Assembly: GCF_000143415.4 (NCBI RefSeq)
Contig: NW_003314284.1
Coordinates: 1,284,693-1,348,692 of the forward strand
Origin: Selaginella moellendorffii
Taxonomy: Eukaryota > Plantae > Lycopodiophyta
Direction: 5' to 3'
DNA: 64,000 bases
Below the pieces are notes generated by a model, which had not been told where the DNA came from, made no database searches, and was given only the letters and a program-made list of their open reading frames with translations. This document shows positions 51,301-64,000 of the stretch, piece by piece. The number at the start of each line of letters is the position of its first letter. Within the stretch, counting starts at the first letter, position 1. Position numbers and translations under genes: made by a program.

Positions 51301-52575
51301 TTTTATGGGGACAAATCCTGATGATCATTTACAACTGGTGGTGCCTTTGATCATTATTCCATGTTTTCTCCACACCTACCATGATTTTGCTATTTTAGGC
51401 GAGCATATAAGATATCGTTATGTGACTGGAAAGTTGTGTAGGTCTTTTTATTAGCCAAAGATGCAATGTAATGTTATCTGGTATGTGCATTTAGTGCCAA
51501 GCTCGTAATACTCCCCCTCATGCTACAGAATTACAATTGGAGTTAATTGCAATTTCTTATCTATTTGAGTTAGTGGCATTTCAATATGACAGAGTTTTTT
51601 CAATAGTATATTGCTATTACTTCTAACTACTTGACTCAATAGGTGGAAGTTGGAGGTTTTGCTAATGCATTTGTAACTACTGTTGGATATTTCCTTCTCA
51701 ATTGAGTGTTTAAGGAATCCTGTCCAAAATGAATGGTCATGCATTTATAACTAAGGCATTTCACATCTTAATGTCTCAATTGGGGACATGCTAAACTTTC
51801 ATAAGTGTTTATCATCCATTTTCAGTATTCGGACTAAGATGGTTATTTGCCATCTCTTTGGTATATATATATCATAGGGGTGCAGAGTTCTATTAATGAT
51901 TCTTTGTATAAACTCCTATATTGTCATAATTTGATACTACCAATAAAATTGAGTTTACCTTTAAGATTGCTACGATCTACTGATAATAATCTGTGGGATC
52001 AATATTTAAGAAACATTCTTCCACTAATCCCAGTAGAGTCTACTGAACACTTAGGCTACATACAAGTGGGACAACAACAGCATTATAACTTCTATAAAAT
52101 ACACCTATAAAATACAAAATGGATGACTTGGTGTTAGTTTATTTTCTCAATATTATGGTATGATGGAATGGACTATATTAGGTGTAACAGCAAAGTGTAT
52201 AGCAAATTTATGTGATTTGGCACAATATTTAACAAGTTGATCTTCTAGAAATTGTGCATGTGCAATGGCTAAAACACTATATAAAGGGATCAAGAACAAT
52301 TAACACCACCTATATATCCATTAATGCCTCCTCCTGATATTTCTTTGGATTTTAGTCTGTCCACTAAAGAATCTTGATTGTCTTTCATTATTTCAAGAAG
52401 AGGGGATGAAGAGTGTATGGCTATGATGTTGTATATTAATATTAATATCATAGAATTTTGATAGCCGTCGGATTAGTTTTAATCCAGACCACTCTCTCTT
52501 GTATATAAGTTAGGATTTTTAGGCTAATCAATATGCATATTTCTATATTCTATTTCCATATTCCATGCATTTATA
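48395..52575 (+). mobile_element. Old full-length Ty3/gypsy LTR retrotransposon (LTRs ~48395-48538 and ~52414-52575)
   Basis: Diverged direct repeats begin tgtatggct. PBS-like ttggtggcg at 48539; PPT aagaagaggggatgaagag at 52395-52413. Relics occur in gypsy order: CDEVGH knuckle, FDLIFGVDWL protease, FCIDY RT and LVVP...LHTYHD integrase. Confidence 0.8.
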
Positions 52576-55500
52576 AAGCCATATAATAAATCTTTTAAAA
52601 GTTTATTTTTTAAAAAAAATATAATATCTATTGTCTCAAATAATAGTTAAAGCTAAAACTTTAAAATGATATAAACTATATGGAATATAAAATTCAATTA
52701 GCTTCAAATCCCTAAATTATATCTCAGAGGAAACCAATTTAATGGCTACTAAAATCCCACTCTACTAATAATTATATATAATTGTATAAGTTATATATTT
52801 GGAGCTCACATTACAAAATTATTATTAAATCATTTAAGTGAATCTTTGCATAAAACTGTAGAAATTTCCATTAAAAAAAATTTTCTCCTAAATTTTTAAA
52901 TTTATTAAATCAAAGTCTAATTTTAAGCTAATTTTACTAGAATTTTATCCATAAATAAACTAGCCATATGTTTATAAAAAAATTGTTATGTGTTACATGT
53001 AGCAACGTTCGGTTTGCTTAATAGTAGTTTTGTGACCATTTTGTGATCTCTTGTTGCGCATGAGGAGGTTCATTGAAAAGAAAAAATAAAAATGGATAAG
53101 TCATTTGCATGATGGTGCACTGACTTTTTTTCTATACAGAGTGGGGCCTAATGAACATTATAAAGAGTCTGTAATGTAATATATACATGAGCCACATTGC
53201 TCTTTGGTGTTACAATAGATCCCCTCACTAGGCATTTCAAGGGCTTGTAAAGGCAGTTAACCCACAACTCATTTCATTCCTTTTCTTTCTGATCCTTCAA
53301 GCTGGATCTCCTCAAAAACTAGTAGTAAGTGATAAAAGAAAACTACATTCTTACTATGCCTCCTGTTTCATTCCTCTTCAAGTGGACCTTGCAACTATGG
53401 AAACCCTCTATGTCAGCATGCCCCTCTTCGCATTTGTAACACTTGCAATGAGGTTTGCTGTGCGGGCAATAGATAATCCCTTCACCTGTGACTAGGCCTG
53501 GAGCCTTTTGTTTAGGGTCACCAGCAGTGATGGGCACAAGGTCACCTCATGCACCACCATAGCCATAAAACAAATCGAAATAAAGATCCAAGGCACAAGG
53601 TTATTAGGGATGGGGAAGACAACCAATTCAGTACCAACGGCCATAGCAAGCACCTCAAACATAGAGCTAGATCTAGGCATGACCATGCCAGACACCCACA
53701 ACATGTCAAAGGAACATAGAAAACTATAACCCGACTACAGAACCACACAAGTAGACCAAAAGAATGAGGGTAAACATGAAATTAACTATTCATTTAGTGA
53801 TGAGAAGTACGGGAAAGTAGACCAACACTCACTGTGTCTAAGGTATGCCATATGCTCATACCTTCTACTTAAGCTGCACTCGATTGAGGAACATAGACGA
53901 GGTGATCTTCAGCAAACATTGTGTTGTCATCAATGACAGAAACCTCATCCACTTCAAGGGCACCATGAAGCCCATACCTCTCCAACTGCTTGTAAATCTT
54001 CTCTGCCAGCAGCCATGCTGGAGGAATTCACACCTTGATCACCTCCATGCCATCATTGGCTCGCACAATTGTTACTGTTGTTGCCATACACACATCTGTA
54101 TCCTATAAAGTGAACCCCATAATGGTGCTTCTAATAATGTTAATTATTATTATGATTCAGTTTTTATGATTCACTGCTACTCTATCTTTTGCATTCCCGC
54201 ATTTATTGATACCATCATCAAATCATTCTATTGTTGTATCATAACGTTGTTATAAGGAAATAGTGAAATGTAAATCTATAGTTTATTTTAGAGTTACAAA
54301 TTTATCCCTACTAATAATAGAATAAGTTATTGTTCATTTTATTTTGGATTTTGTCGCCTATAGAAGCTTTGAAACTTTGATGGAGTTTTTTAGGGTACAA
54401 TACAGTTAAAATTCTCAATTTCATTTTTTGAAGCATAATACAATACTTCCAGACTTGAAGTTCAAGTTAATAATCACTTAGAAGACTATAGCAGCTTAAA
54501 GTGTGTTAGCAAAGCAGGCCTCTCATTGAAAATTGAAAACATTAGAGTTTTCTATAGGCACTGTGTGTGTGTATATTACACTCTTCAAAGTTAAGAAGAT
54601 GAATGGTGTCTAGGGTTGGAGGCTGCCTCTTAGTGTAATTCAAAAGTGTAGCCTTCTGGCATCTCTGCTGTTGCATTGATCTTGTGATGTTGTGTTTGCT
54701 TCAGCCTTCTTGACAAATAATGACCAAGCTTTAAATGTTGTAGGGAAAGTCAACATTGTTTCAGCAGGAGCTCCATCATAGGATCCAACTAAAAAAGGTT
54801 GGGAAGGCTATCTCCCACCAGGCCAATCTCCATGGCCTACACAAGTTGTTCGCAACTTTTAGTACCAACTTTCCCACCTCAAAAGATATTCCCCTTGCGG
54901 ATCCTTATGCAGCATTTTACACACCTTTGCTGGCTGACACCCATTTGCACCTGTAGTTCATTTCTTGTAGCATCTCATGCTTTCTATGGTTGAATTTTCC
55001 CTAAATTTCTTATTAATCCAGTTGATCCAATAAAGTTATATCAACTGAATAAAAAAGAATATACTAGAAAGGGTTTAAGAAAGTTTATAAATTATAAACA
55101 TGTTTATAAATTATAAATACAAAATTAATCTAAATGAATAACAACCATTAGATAGTAGAATATCCTAGAATATCCAAGTATATTCTAGGTATATCCACTA
55201 TGATCTTAGTCCCCTTACAAGTTTGCTTAAGCAAACCAAAAAAACAATAACAAAAGCAAAATTGAGATTTATAATTTTATTAGTATAACCATCTCTTTGA
55301 AAACGTGGTGAGCCTTGTCAACCCTGCCTGTCCTACACAACCCTTTATAAGAGCTGTGTGACTGATGACGCTGGGTGTGTTAAAAGTACCTTACAAATTT
55401 TATTATAAAACAAATTACATCTTTAGTTTCATTAAATTAGTGAAAAGAACAGAATTCTTCTTCAATTAAAAGTGTTATGAGAATCAGGTCCCCCTTGATC

Positions 55501-56049
55501 TTCATCATTCCCCTTCATGGAGGCAGCAGCAGCATCTCCAGCAGCTCCAGTGGTGGGCTTTGATCGCTTATTGGAGCTTCCCACCTCCTTGGCCTTCTTG
55601 GAGCAGTATATAGACCTCTGCTTCTTGGTTGATGCTGGTAAAACAAGTACACTCTATGAAATCTCTTGTCAGAGAGACTCCTTTTACTTGATGGGTGTTA
55701 CGGATAGCAGAGCAGGGGATGAAGGTTCTCTAGATTAATCACGTTGCAACAGAATTAAGACGCTCGTATCCTGAGAGAGCTGTTTTTAAAATCCAGGTTT
55801 TCATGGAATCGCATGGTGGGTATATTCGGGCATTATCACGAAACTTTATATTTTAACTTTTTGTCCACCATATCTTAAGCTGAAATGGATTTAGTTTTGC
55901 CTATATATGAAAAAGGGTAATTAGATGAACAACCTTTAGTTATACTATTCGAGGAAATGACTCAATAAGGAAGTGTTATACACAAGGGGTGCTTGCCTGG
56001 GGACTACACTTCCAAGGAATGAAGCAAAACTTATTCGTTACCTCTCCTG

Positions 56050-58394
56050 TTAGTAGATGCTGGCGCGGCCAACTCTCTGGACTTCCTCCAAGTCTCTCAA
56101 GAAACTGGAACCAAACAGGAGTAAGTTCTTAATTCGCTCGGCAAGCCTGGGTCTACCTTTTTGAGTTGTGCACCACGGTGCCCCCAAGGAGGACGCGAGT
56201 CCCTGGATTGGCAGCGTTTTGGAGAGCGACAACTCGAGACTCGGCGTACGTAGTACCGCCGATGATGAAAATCACCACGTCCTGTGGCTTGCCTTGCTGA
56301 GCGTGGTTACCGACGAACGGGTAATCTGCGTCCTTGAGTCGCCCCTTGACGATGCTCTCAATCAAATGGAAAACTAAAGGTTGGTGCTGCGTATATACAT
56401 TCTCGACTCCCTGCAAGCCACAACACTTTAGCGTTCCTTCAGTTGCTCAAATGATTTGCTACCTTCAATCCACGAGCCATTGTCCGAGCTCTATTGAAGA
56501 GATCCCGGTTGCTGAATAGATCTCCTGTGCGTTTTTCTTCACCCGCTTGCTTTAAGAGGGAATATAGCAGCTGCATCCAATCGTTTGATGTTACTATCCA
56601 GAAACTGTAAAAGAGAGCGTCCTTACGTTGGAGTTGTATTTGCTACGTCCCGCATTCAGCCTGTCCACCAGTTCTTGCAGCTGCTGTGGGTTCTCTCTCT
56701 CGTACCGCAAGGCGTAGAGCATAGCCAGCCGCAGCTTTTCGTCATCGGTCACGCCTGGTAGCTCCCATTGGGCATTTAGCTCCTACAAATCGTTTAAAAA
56801 AATTAGCGAAGCAGACAAAAACAAAAACGAGAGTGTAAGGTGGAGGGCACTTACATCCCATGCTGCAGCCTGGCTTGAATGACAAGCTAACTCTTGCTCA
56901 GCTTGAGAAACTGACATCAACTTCCGCTCATCCACAAGTCTGCTCATTTCAGTCATAAGAGCTACGTGCTTTGAAACATTGCCTTGCATTTTCCGAAACT
57001 CGGGATAATTTTCAACGAATCTCGCCATATCCTCTGTAGTATTCTAGAATTAGCCCAAGACAGAAAGCGCAAAAACAGAGAGAAAACGAACCTAGAGACT
57101 GTATATTTTGATTGCTTTTATGCTGCGATTGGAAAGTGTCCACCATCTTCTTCACGTTCATCCCGAGATCACCAAAGTTTTCGAACATATTGCTCCTAAA
57201 AAATGGATCTTGCTCAGAAGATAGTACCACCTCCTGCGTAGGAAATTTAAAAACATGAACCAAAGTGAGCTCCTTACTTGCTGGTCCTTGGGAACTCGTG
57301 AGTATTCTCTCAAATCCACTTTGTTATCCTGTATTCCAATCAGCTCGTGCACCATGGCCTGGAAAAAAAAAATGAGCGAAAAAGAAATGATAAAAGAATA
57401 TTAAAACCTGGTAAGTCCATTGATTTAGAAGAGGCGTCACAGGGTCGTCCCTTCTGTCGATTATCAAAAGTAGTGGCAGAACCTCCGTTCGTCTAAAATC
57501 AAATAATGCGGCTTCTTGTTCATACATTAGCCTCTGCAAAACAGCGTAGGCTCGATCATCTGGTCAGAAAAAACAAATATCTATTCTTACGGCTGCGTCT
57601 TGAGCAATCCGTCTGGCAATCTCAGAGTTGCGAGAATAGCGAATAACAGGGCGTTTCTTTAAAGCTAGAAACACAGACGAGACGCCTTCTATTATTCTCT
57701 CGCAGAGCGGCTGAATTTTGGTAGGATCAAATAGCAGAGGGACCATGTAGAGATGATTAGAAGGTGTGTTGAGAGTAAAATGGTATGGATCGAGGGCAAT
57801 AAAATCGGCATAGAACTCCTGCAAAGTTTATCGCTCCTGTGAGAATGCATTCGTAAGAACTACTAAAAGAGCGCGTGAGTAAAATCTCACCTGGACCTGC
57901 TGCACTGCCTCATGCTGGTCAAAATCCGCGAGGTTTTGGACGAAATTTGTCTTGAGGATGTTTGAGAAAACTAAATCAAGAATCATCATAAGACGCTCAA
58001 AGAGAAAGAGAGAAGAACTTACATAGATGGTATTCTCCAAAGCGTGGTTGGCCGAGGATCTCCTTCAAGTTTTGCATATTTTCTGCTGTTGGCCGTAGAA
58101 AGCATACTGCTTTCAAGTGAGTCATGGGCTCCGAAGACGTGCTTTCAGCCTTTTCCACGAGGAAAACTTCTTTCTGGAGCAATTCAGACTGGCTTGTAGC
58201 AACGCTCACAATTGCTAGCTGCAGGAAGGGAACAACGAAATAAAAGGAACACTAAAAAGAAGAAAGAAAAAACAAAACAGCAAAACAAAATCCGCAAGCC
58301 ATACCGTTTGCGCGTCGAGGACAAACACCTTCATCCCCGCAATGTCGCTCAGCATCTTGCTCACATAATCCCGCACCGCCGCCACCAAAACCAT
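56050..58394 (-). CDS. VPS45: Vacuolar protein sorting 45 (Sec1/Munc18 family), multi-exon
   Basis: [72 protein letters not shown] and [11 protein letters not shown]. Confidence 0.95.
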
Positions 58395-58504
58395 CTTTAC
58401 CTCGATCCGAAGGCGCCGACGAGAGATCTCGGGAGCGCGACGCCGGCGGATTCAGCTCAGCGCCTCAGATCTGCGCGGCAGCGCCACGCATTGTCTTCTC
58501 GCCA

Positions 58505-58624
58505 AAACCCTAAAAAATGGCTCTCCTGGGAGCATATTCTATTTGGAAGAATTTATTTTGTTCAAGGCACGTAGGCAGTGACGTGGCCTCTTTCTCTTTC
58601 TTCCAGGGTCAGGAATTAGGGTTT
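58505..58624. promoter_or_regulatory. Compact bidirectional promoter between VPS45 and DGK1, with two outward-facing telo-boxes and ACGT-core elements
   Basis: AAACCCTA at 58505-58512, TAGGGTTT at 58617-58624, CACGTA at 58568 and TGACGTGGC at 58579. The two ATGs are 244 bp apart. Confidence 0.55.
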
Positions 58625-58638
58625 GCGGGCATTGCGCG

Positions 58639-61485
58639 ATGGAGGAGGACGATGGCGCCGCGCCGATCTACTTCCTCCCTCGCCTCGCTCTCCCATCGCT
58701 CGCGCGGCCCGGCGAGTCGATCCTCCCCGCGGTTTCTTGGCTCGTCGCCACGCTCCTCCTGGCGGGCTTTTTCGTCTATGTTGCGATCCAGTGGCAGCGC
58801 AAGCTGGCTATCCAGTGGATGAAGGCCGCAGCTCACGCCAAGCGGCGATCCAGGGGCAGGGTCAGGGCGCCAAGCACCGCGCACATCTGGAGCCAGGAAT
58901 CCAGCAGCTCGCGGCCGCGGCCATCGACGTGCTTCGTCTGCCTCGATACCATCACTCCCTCGCAATCCCTCTCCTCGGTCTCCTCCGGCGCGGTCTACTC
59001 GCTCCACCGCTGCCTCGTCTGCGGCGTGGCATCGCATCTGGGCTGCTCCAAGAGCGCGGCCAAGGATTGCAAGAGCGTCGCCATGGCCGGGTCCTCTTCT
59101 AGTTTGCTCCACCAGTGGGTCGAGAGGTGGATGGACGTGGATGATATCCCAGAGGACAGGGCCTACTGCATGCACTGTGACGAGCCTTGCAACGCGTCGT
59201 TCTTGGGTGGAAGCGCGATCTGGCGGTGTATGTGGTGTCAGCGCCTAGTTCATGTGGATTGCCACTCCATCCACTCGAAAAACTCGAGTGAGCTCTGTGA
59301 TCTTGGGATGCACAAGAGGTTGATCGTCTCGCCGCTGTGGGTGAAAGATGCCGGGAAGAGGATGGTCGGGCTTATCAGCTCCATAACTCAGGGAGCCAAC
59401 GAGCTGGCCTCGTCCGTGCGTGGACAGATCAGGAAACGAAGGAAAAAGGGGAAGAGGTCGAGTGAAAATGTAAACGCTTTGGCTTCGAGCTCCTCCGAGG
59501 CTTCGAGGATCTCCACCGACGGAGTGATTTCTGATGGAGATAGTATGCGAACCAGCTCGGCAGAACTTAAGGAAGTTGACGAGGTGACGAATGGAAAGCT
59601 CAACAACGAGCTGGAGGTGGTACACGGTCCCTCGGCGAAGCAAAAGTATCAGCTGGTGGAAGTTCCGGGGGATGCGAGGCCTTTGCTCGTGTTTATCAAT
59701 CGCAAGAGTGGAGCTCAGCATGGGACGGCTCTTCGACGGCACTTAAACATGCTGCTCAATCCCGTCCAGGTACGCGACGTCTTCTTGAGTTTGCCTGCTG
59801 GTGTGGTGTTTGCGTTGCGCGGCCGGCTTTTAGAAGTGCAGAGCTTATTGCATTGTTAACGTAGGAACACTGACTCGGTACTGCTATAAACAGGGTGAGT
59901 CTGGGCGTCGGGTTACAGTCAGGATGCTTGAGTCTGGTTTTTCGTACGCGGCAGAACGTTCAGCTGGCACGAACAGGTTGTATGGCTCGTTCTTTACTTC
60001 TTTCAGGGTCATTATGCATGCGTTTCAGCTAGATAGTGAGTTTTTCCTTTTGCATTGGACGGTGCCTTACGGACGTGTTCTTGCTCGTGGTTGATGCAGG
60101 TGTTTGAGCTTAGTAAGGCTCAGGGACCGGATGCGGGATTGGAGTTCTTCAAAGGCTTCGCGCACTTTCGGATTCTGGTTTGCGGCGGGGATGGCTCGGT
60201 TGGCTGGGTTTTGGACGAGATTGAGAAACGTAACTACGAGTCTCCTCCTCCCGTAGCCATTTTGCCGATAGGAACTGGGAACGACTTAGCCAGAGTTCTT
60301 TCGTGGGGGGGAGGATATGCTGCCGTTGGAAGGCAAGGTGGACTTTACAACATGCTACACGAGGTTGATCATGGAGCGGCTTCGATGCTTGATCGATGGC
60401 TTGTTCGCATCTCTGACAATTACTCTAAGCCGGGAGAGGAGATTGTGGCTGAGAAGTACCTGAATAACTACCTCGGTACGTTCTCTTCACTGCATTTCGT
60501 TTGTATTGCTAATACGATGGTGGTTGCCATGTAGGGATCGGGTGCGACGCAAAAGTGGCTCTAGATATCCACATGCTTCGTGAAGGGAATCCAGAAAAGT
60601 TTTACAATCAGGTACTCTCTCCTGGCAGTTTATGATATCAAGTCTAAAGCTGTGTTCTTACGTACAGTTCCTCAACAAAATGCTGTATGCTAAGGAGGGT
60701 GCGAAAGACATCGTGGACAGAACTTGCTCTGATCTCCCCTGGCACCTCCGTGTCGAGGTCGACGGCTCGGAAATCATCATACCAGAGGTTTGTTTGAGCG
60801 TTTCTTTCGCAAGTCGAAGCTCCTCGTCTCTTAACGTGACAGGACACGGAAGGCGTTTTGTTCACAAACATTGGCAGCTACATGGGCGGCGTGGACTTGT
60901 GGCAGAACGAAGAGGAGCACGAAGACGAGTTTGGGCCGCAGTTCATGCACGACAAGATAATTGAAGTGGTCGGGATTTGTGGGACTTGGCATCTGGGAAA
61001 GCTGCAGGTACGAGGGAGAGATAGAGAGTTCGTGCCTTGTCTGACACACAGCTTGCTTGTTTTCTCCCTTTGACAGGTTGGTTTGTCCCGTGCTCGGAGG
61101 CTTGGACAAGGACGTCATATCAAGATATGGATGTCCGCTAGCTATCCTGTACAGATCGATGGCGAGCCTTGGATCCAGCACTCGTGCACGTTTGAGATAT
61201 CACACCACGGACAGGTACAAGGGCAGAGAATTGTTTTCGATTTTTTCTCCGCCTTTCTCTTTTCTCTTTTCTCTTTTCTCGATCTAGCCGAGGGACTGAT
61301 TCCTTCCTTTCCCGTTTTGGTTTTTCTCTAAGGCTTTCATGCTCAAGCGCACGCAAGAAGATGCTAGAGACCACGCCGCTGCGATCATGACAGAGATTCT
61401 CGAGAACGCCGAGTGTGGTGGAGTTATAAATGCTTCCCAAAAGCGAGCGCTTCTCCAGGAGATGGCAGTACGCTTGTCCTCCTGA
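58639..61485 (+). CDS. DGK1: Diacylglycerol kinase, cluster I (DGK1-like): TM segment, two C1 domains, catalytic domain
   Basis: C1 Cys/His motifs, [49 protein letters not shown] and [10 protein letters not shown]. Confidence 0.92.
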
Positions 61486-61933
61486 GAGAGTCTCTTTTGC
61501 GGCGTTTGTACATAGCTATAGAGAGGTATCGTTAGTCCATCTTTCTTCTTTTAACGATGTTTTCCTTTTAGTAGGTGTTCGTATGTGAACCGTCGGATCT
61601 TCGTCCACAGGTAGCGGCTGAGATGCGTAGTAAAAGAGAGAGAACGAGAAACCACGCACTGTGCGTGAAGCTTTGGATTCGTTTAGAAATAAAAGTTATT
61701 TTGTAACATAATTTAGGGCTCTTTTTCTCTCTCCTCTCCGGCGACGGCAGGCAAGCGAGCAGCCGTGACAAGGGAGCAGCGCTCCGCCATAGCTCCCTCT
61801 GTAAGTCTTCTCCGCGCGATTCTATCTCCAGGGCCGCATTCCTCGTCATCGATGGCATCCGTAGCAACAGAGTAGAGGTTTTGGTCGAGATTTCGGTGGT
61901 GATGGTTTTGGGAGATTCTCGGCGCTCTCAGCC

Positions 61934-64000
61934 ATGTTGAAGCGGAGGCAGGGCACTCCTCCAGAGGCTTCCGCCCCGACGAAGCGGCCAAACACGCGAT
62001 CCAGGTCCCCCATTCCCGTGGGGGCGAATGGGCAGCCACTGGAGGTGATCCCTGGCAAGGGCGAGACGGTGTCCAAGGTTCCTAGCGTTACCAAGCAGAA
62101 GATTGGGCAGCCCCATCCGGCCGTCGCCGCTACCGTCCAGGCCGAGCAGGCCGTCAATAATCCGGACAGGGAGCTCGATTCGTCTCGAGCTCCTGGAGCT
62201 GACGCTGTCGTTCAGATTGAGAACATCTCACACGGCCAGCTCGTCGTGCCGGATGAGGCGCCCAGTGATGATACCAGCACAGTTTCTTCTTCTACTCCGG
62301 TTGTTCTTCCCAAGGCTCCATCGCTAGCTCAGCACAAGCAGCTCAAGCAGCAAGCACACATCGTTCCAACTCACGCAGGTAAGAAATCCTATCGTCTCGC
62401 GACGTCTTACTTAATACTTTGGATTGTTTTCTAGGATGGTTTTCGTGGACTGGCATTCACACTCTCGAGAAGCGTGGCCTGCCCGAGTTTTTCAACGGGA
62501 AGACCAAAATGAACACGCCGGAGCTCTACATGGAGTACAGGAACTTTCTCATACAGAAATACCGGGAGAATCCAGAGAAGGTTTTGGCGATCTCGGACAT
62601 CCAGGACTTGGTGGTCGGCGATCTCAATTCTGTCCGACGCATCATTGAGTTTCTTGACCACTGGGGGCTCATCAACTATCACGTAACAACAAGGCCGGGA
62701 CAGTCTTATCCTGCTTGGCAGGGAACGCCTCCAAAGGTGGAAGAAAACAATGCCGGGGAGCTACATGCTGTCCCGCATTCCGTGAGCCCTCTTGGAAGTC
62801 TGTACCAGTTTGAGACTCCTACAAAGTCTACGTTCCAGACTCACTTGGATCCTGTCGCTGCGCTTGCCGAAACTTTTGTTTCGGAAGCCTTGGCATCGAC
62901 ACCAGGTCCGGCAGTCGAGTACCATTGCAATGCTTGCTCTGCCGACTGCTCCAAGCGGCGTTATCACTGCCAAAAACAGGTGCTTTTCCTATAGCTAGCG
63001 AGTGATCATTTTTTCTTCTTCCACCACCTATACTAATTCTATCCTCATTTTGGCAGGCAGACTTTGATTTGTGTCCGGATTGCTACAATGATGGAAAGTT
63101 TGGCCCGGGCATGTCGACATCCGATTTCATCCGATTGGACGCTTTGTCGGATGCTAATTCCGATGATGGTGGCTGGACGGACCAAGAAACTCTACTGCTG
63201 CTCGAGGCGTTGGAGATGTTCGGCGACAACTGGAACGAGATTGCCGAGCATGTAGCGACCAAGTCAAAGGCTCAGTGCATACTTCACTTCATAAAAATGC
63301 CTATTGAAGACTCCTTTCTGGACGATGTCGAGGCTTCCGCAAGCATCACTGCGGCCTCAAAGCACACCGAGGAAGACGGAAAGCTGGCAGCAAGAGAGGA
63401 TACGGTCTTCAAGGCCATAATGGAGGCGTCAGCATCTAAGGACTCTTTATCGGGTCCCGACGGCTTGATAGCTTTCGCTGACGCTGGCAATCCGGTAATG
63501 GCGCAGGTATGTGTCTTCATCCATTTTTGGCATCAAGAGAAGTAATTTGTGATTTTACAGGTCGCCTTTCTCGCTGCAATGGTCGGTCCTCGAGTCGCAG
63601 CTGCTGCTGCACAATCTGCATTGGCGGCGCTGTCCGAAGGCGATCCTGCCACGCAACTGGCCGCCAGAGCTACTTTTATCTTGGATGATCCTGCCACAAT
63701 TCCTCTTCCACCTTCATTGGACAGGTTGTCATCTTTATTCCGTAAATGGGATTGGTCATAAAAGGTTTTTTGGCTCAGGTCAAATGGTCCAACAAAGGAT
63801 GAGAACGAGGCACCAAAGGATGAGTCGAAACACATAGAGGATGGTGGCGGTAAGACTGCATTTGGTCCTTGGCGTTTCTCATAATCGCCTGCTTTGGATT
63901 TTCTAGCAGATCAAACAGACAACGACAAAGAAGCCAAGCCAGAGAAGAAGAAGGCAGACGAGTCTGGTCATCAGAACGCTCCTTCCGCAGAGCGCATCCG
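61934..64000 (+). CDS. SWI3D: SWI/SNF subunit SWI3D (SWIRM, ZZ, SANT), truncated by the window end
   Basis: [63 protein letters not shown] and FADAGNPVM. Confidence 0.92.

Noticed and set aside
53050-55740. Short ORFs, including a Cys/His-rich one (53343-53537) and 55517-55738
   Set aside because: Probably decayed TE or gene debris; no call can be supported.

Overview
Eukaryotic nuclear DNA from a seed-free land plant. Compact genes, many 50-65 nt GT-AG introns and PLS-PPR debris suggest a lycophyte such as Selaginella; this is an inference. Apparently intact genes: a divergent UDP-glucuronate-epimerase-like SDR, a CYP71-clan P450, IREG3/FPN3 ferroportin, MPC1, MCM3, AP-1 mu, a TrmA/RlmD-family RNA methyltransferase, NSP1 GRAS factor, a P-class PPR, RNA pol III RPC6, a 2OG dioxygenase, ACR9/10, ARPC2, VPS45, DGK1 and SWI3D (truncated at the window end). 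Between them lie pseudogenes, deletion-riddled fragments of neighbouring genes and an old Ty3/gypsy element. Two findings stand out, and the ORF track does not show either as such. (1) The ferroportin gene has two tandem, equal-length (125 nt), frame-incompatible paralogous exons, the signature of mutually exclusive splicing. They swap the TM1 segment carrying the ferroportin metal-site motif (ERVWR vs EHAWH). (2) A 3-exon, 74-aa gene resembling MZT2/MOZART2, a gamma-tubulin ring complex factor usually described as animal-restricted, ends 62 nt before the AP-1 mu start codon and may share its transcript. Homology calls come from recalled family motifs, not database searches.
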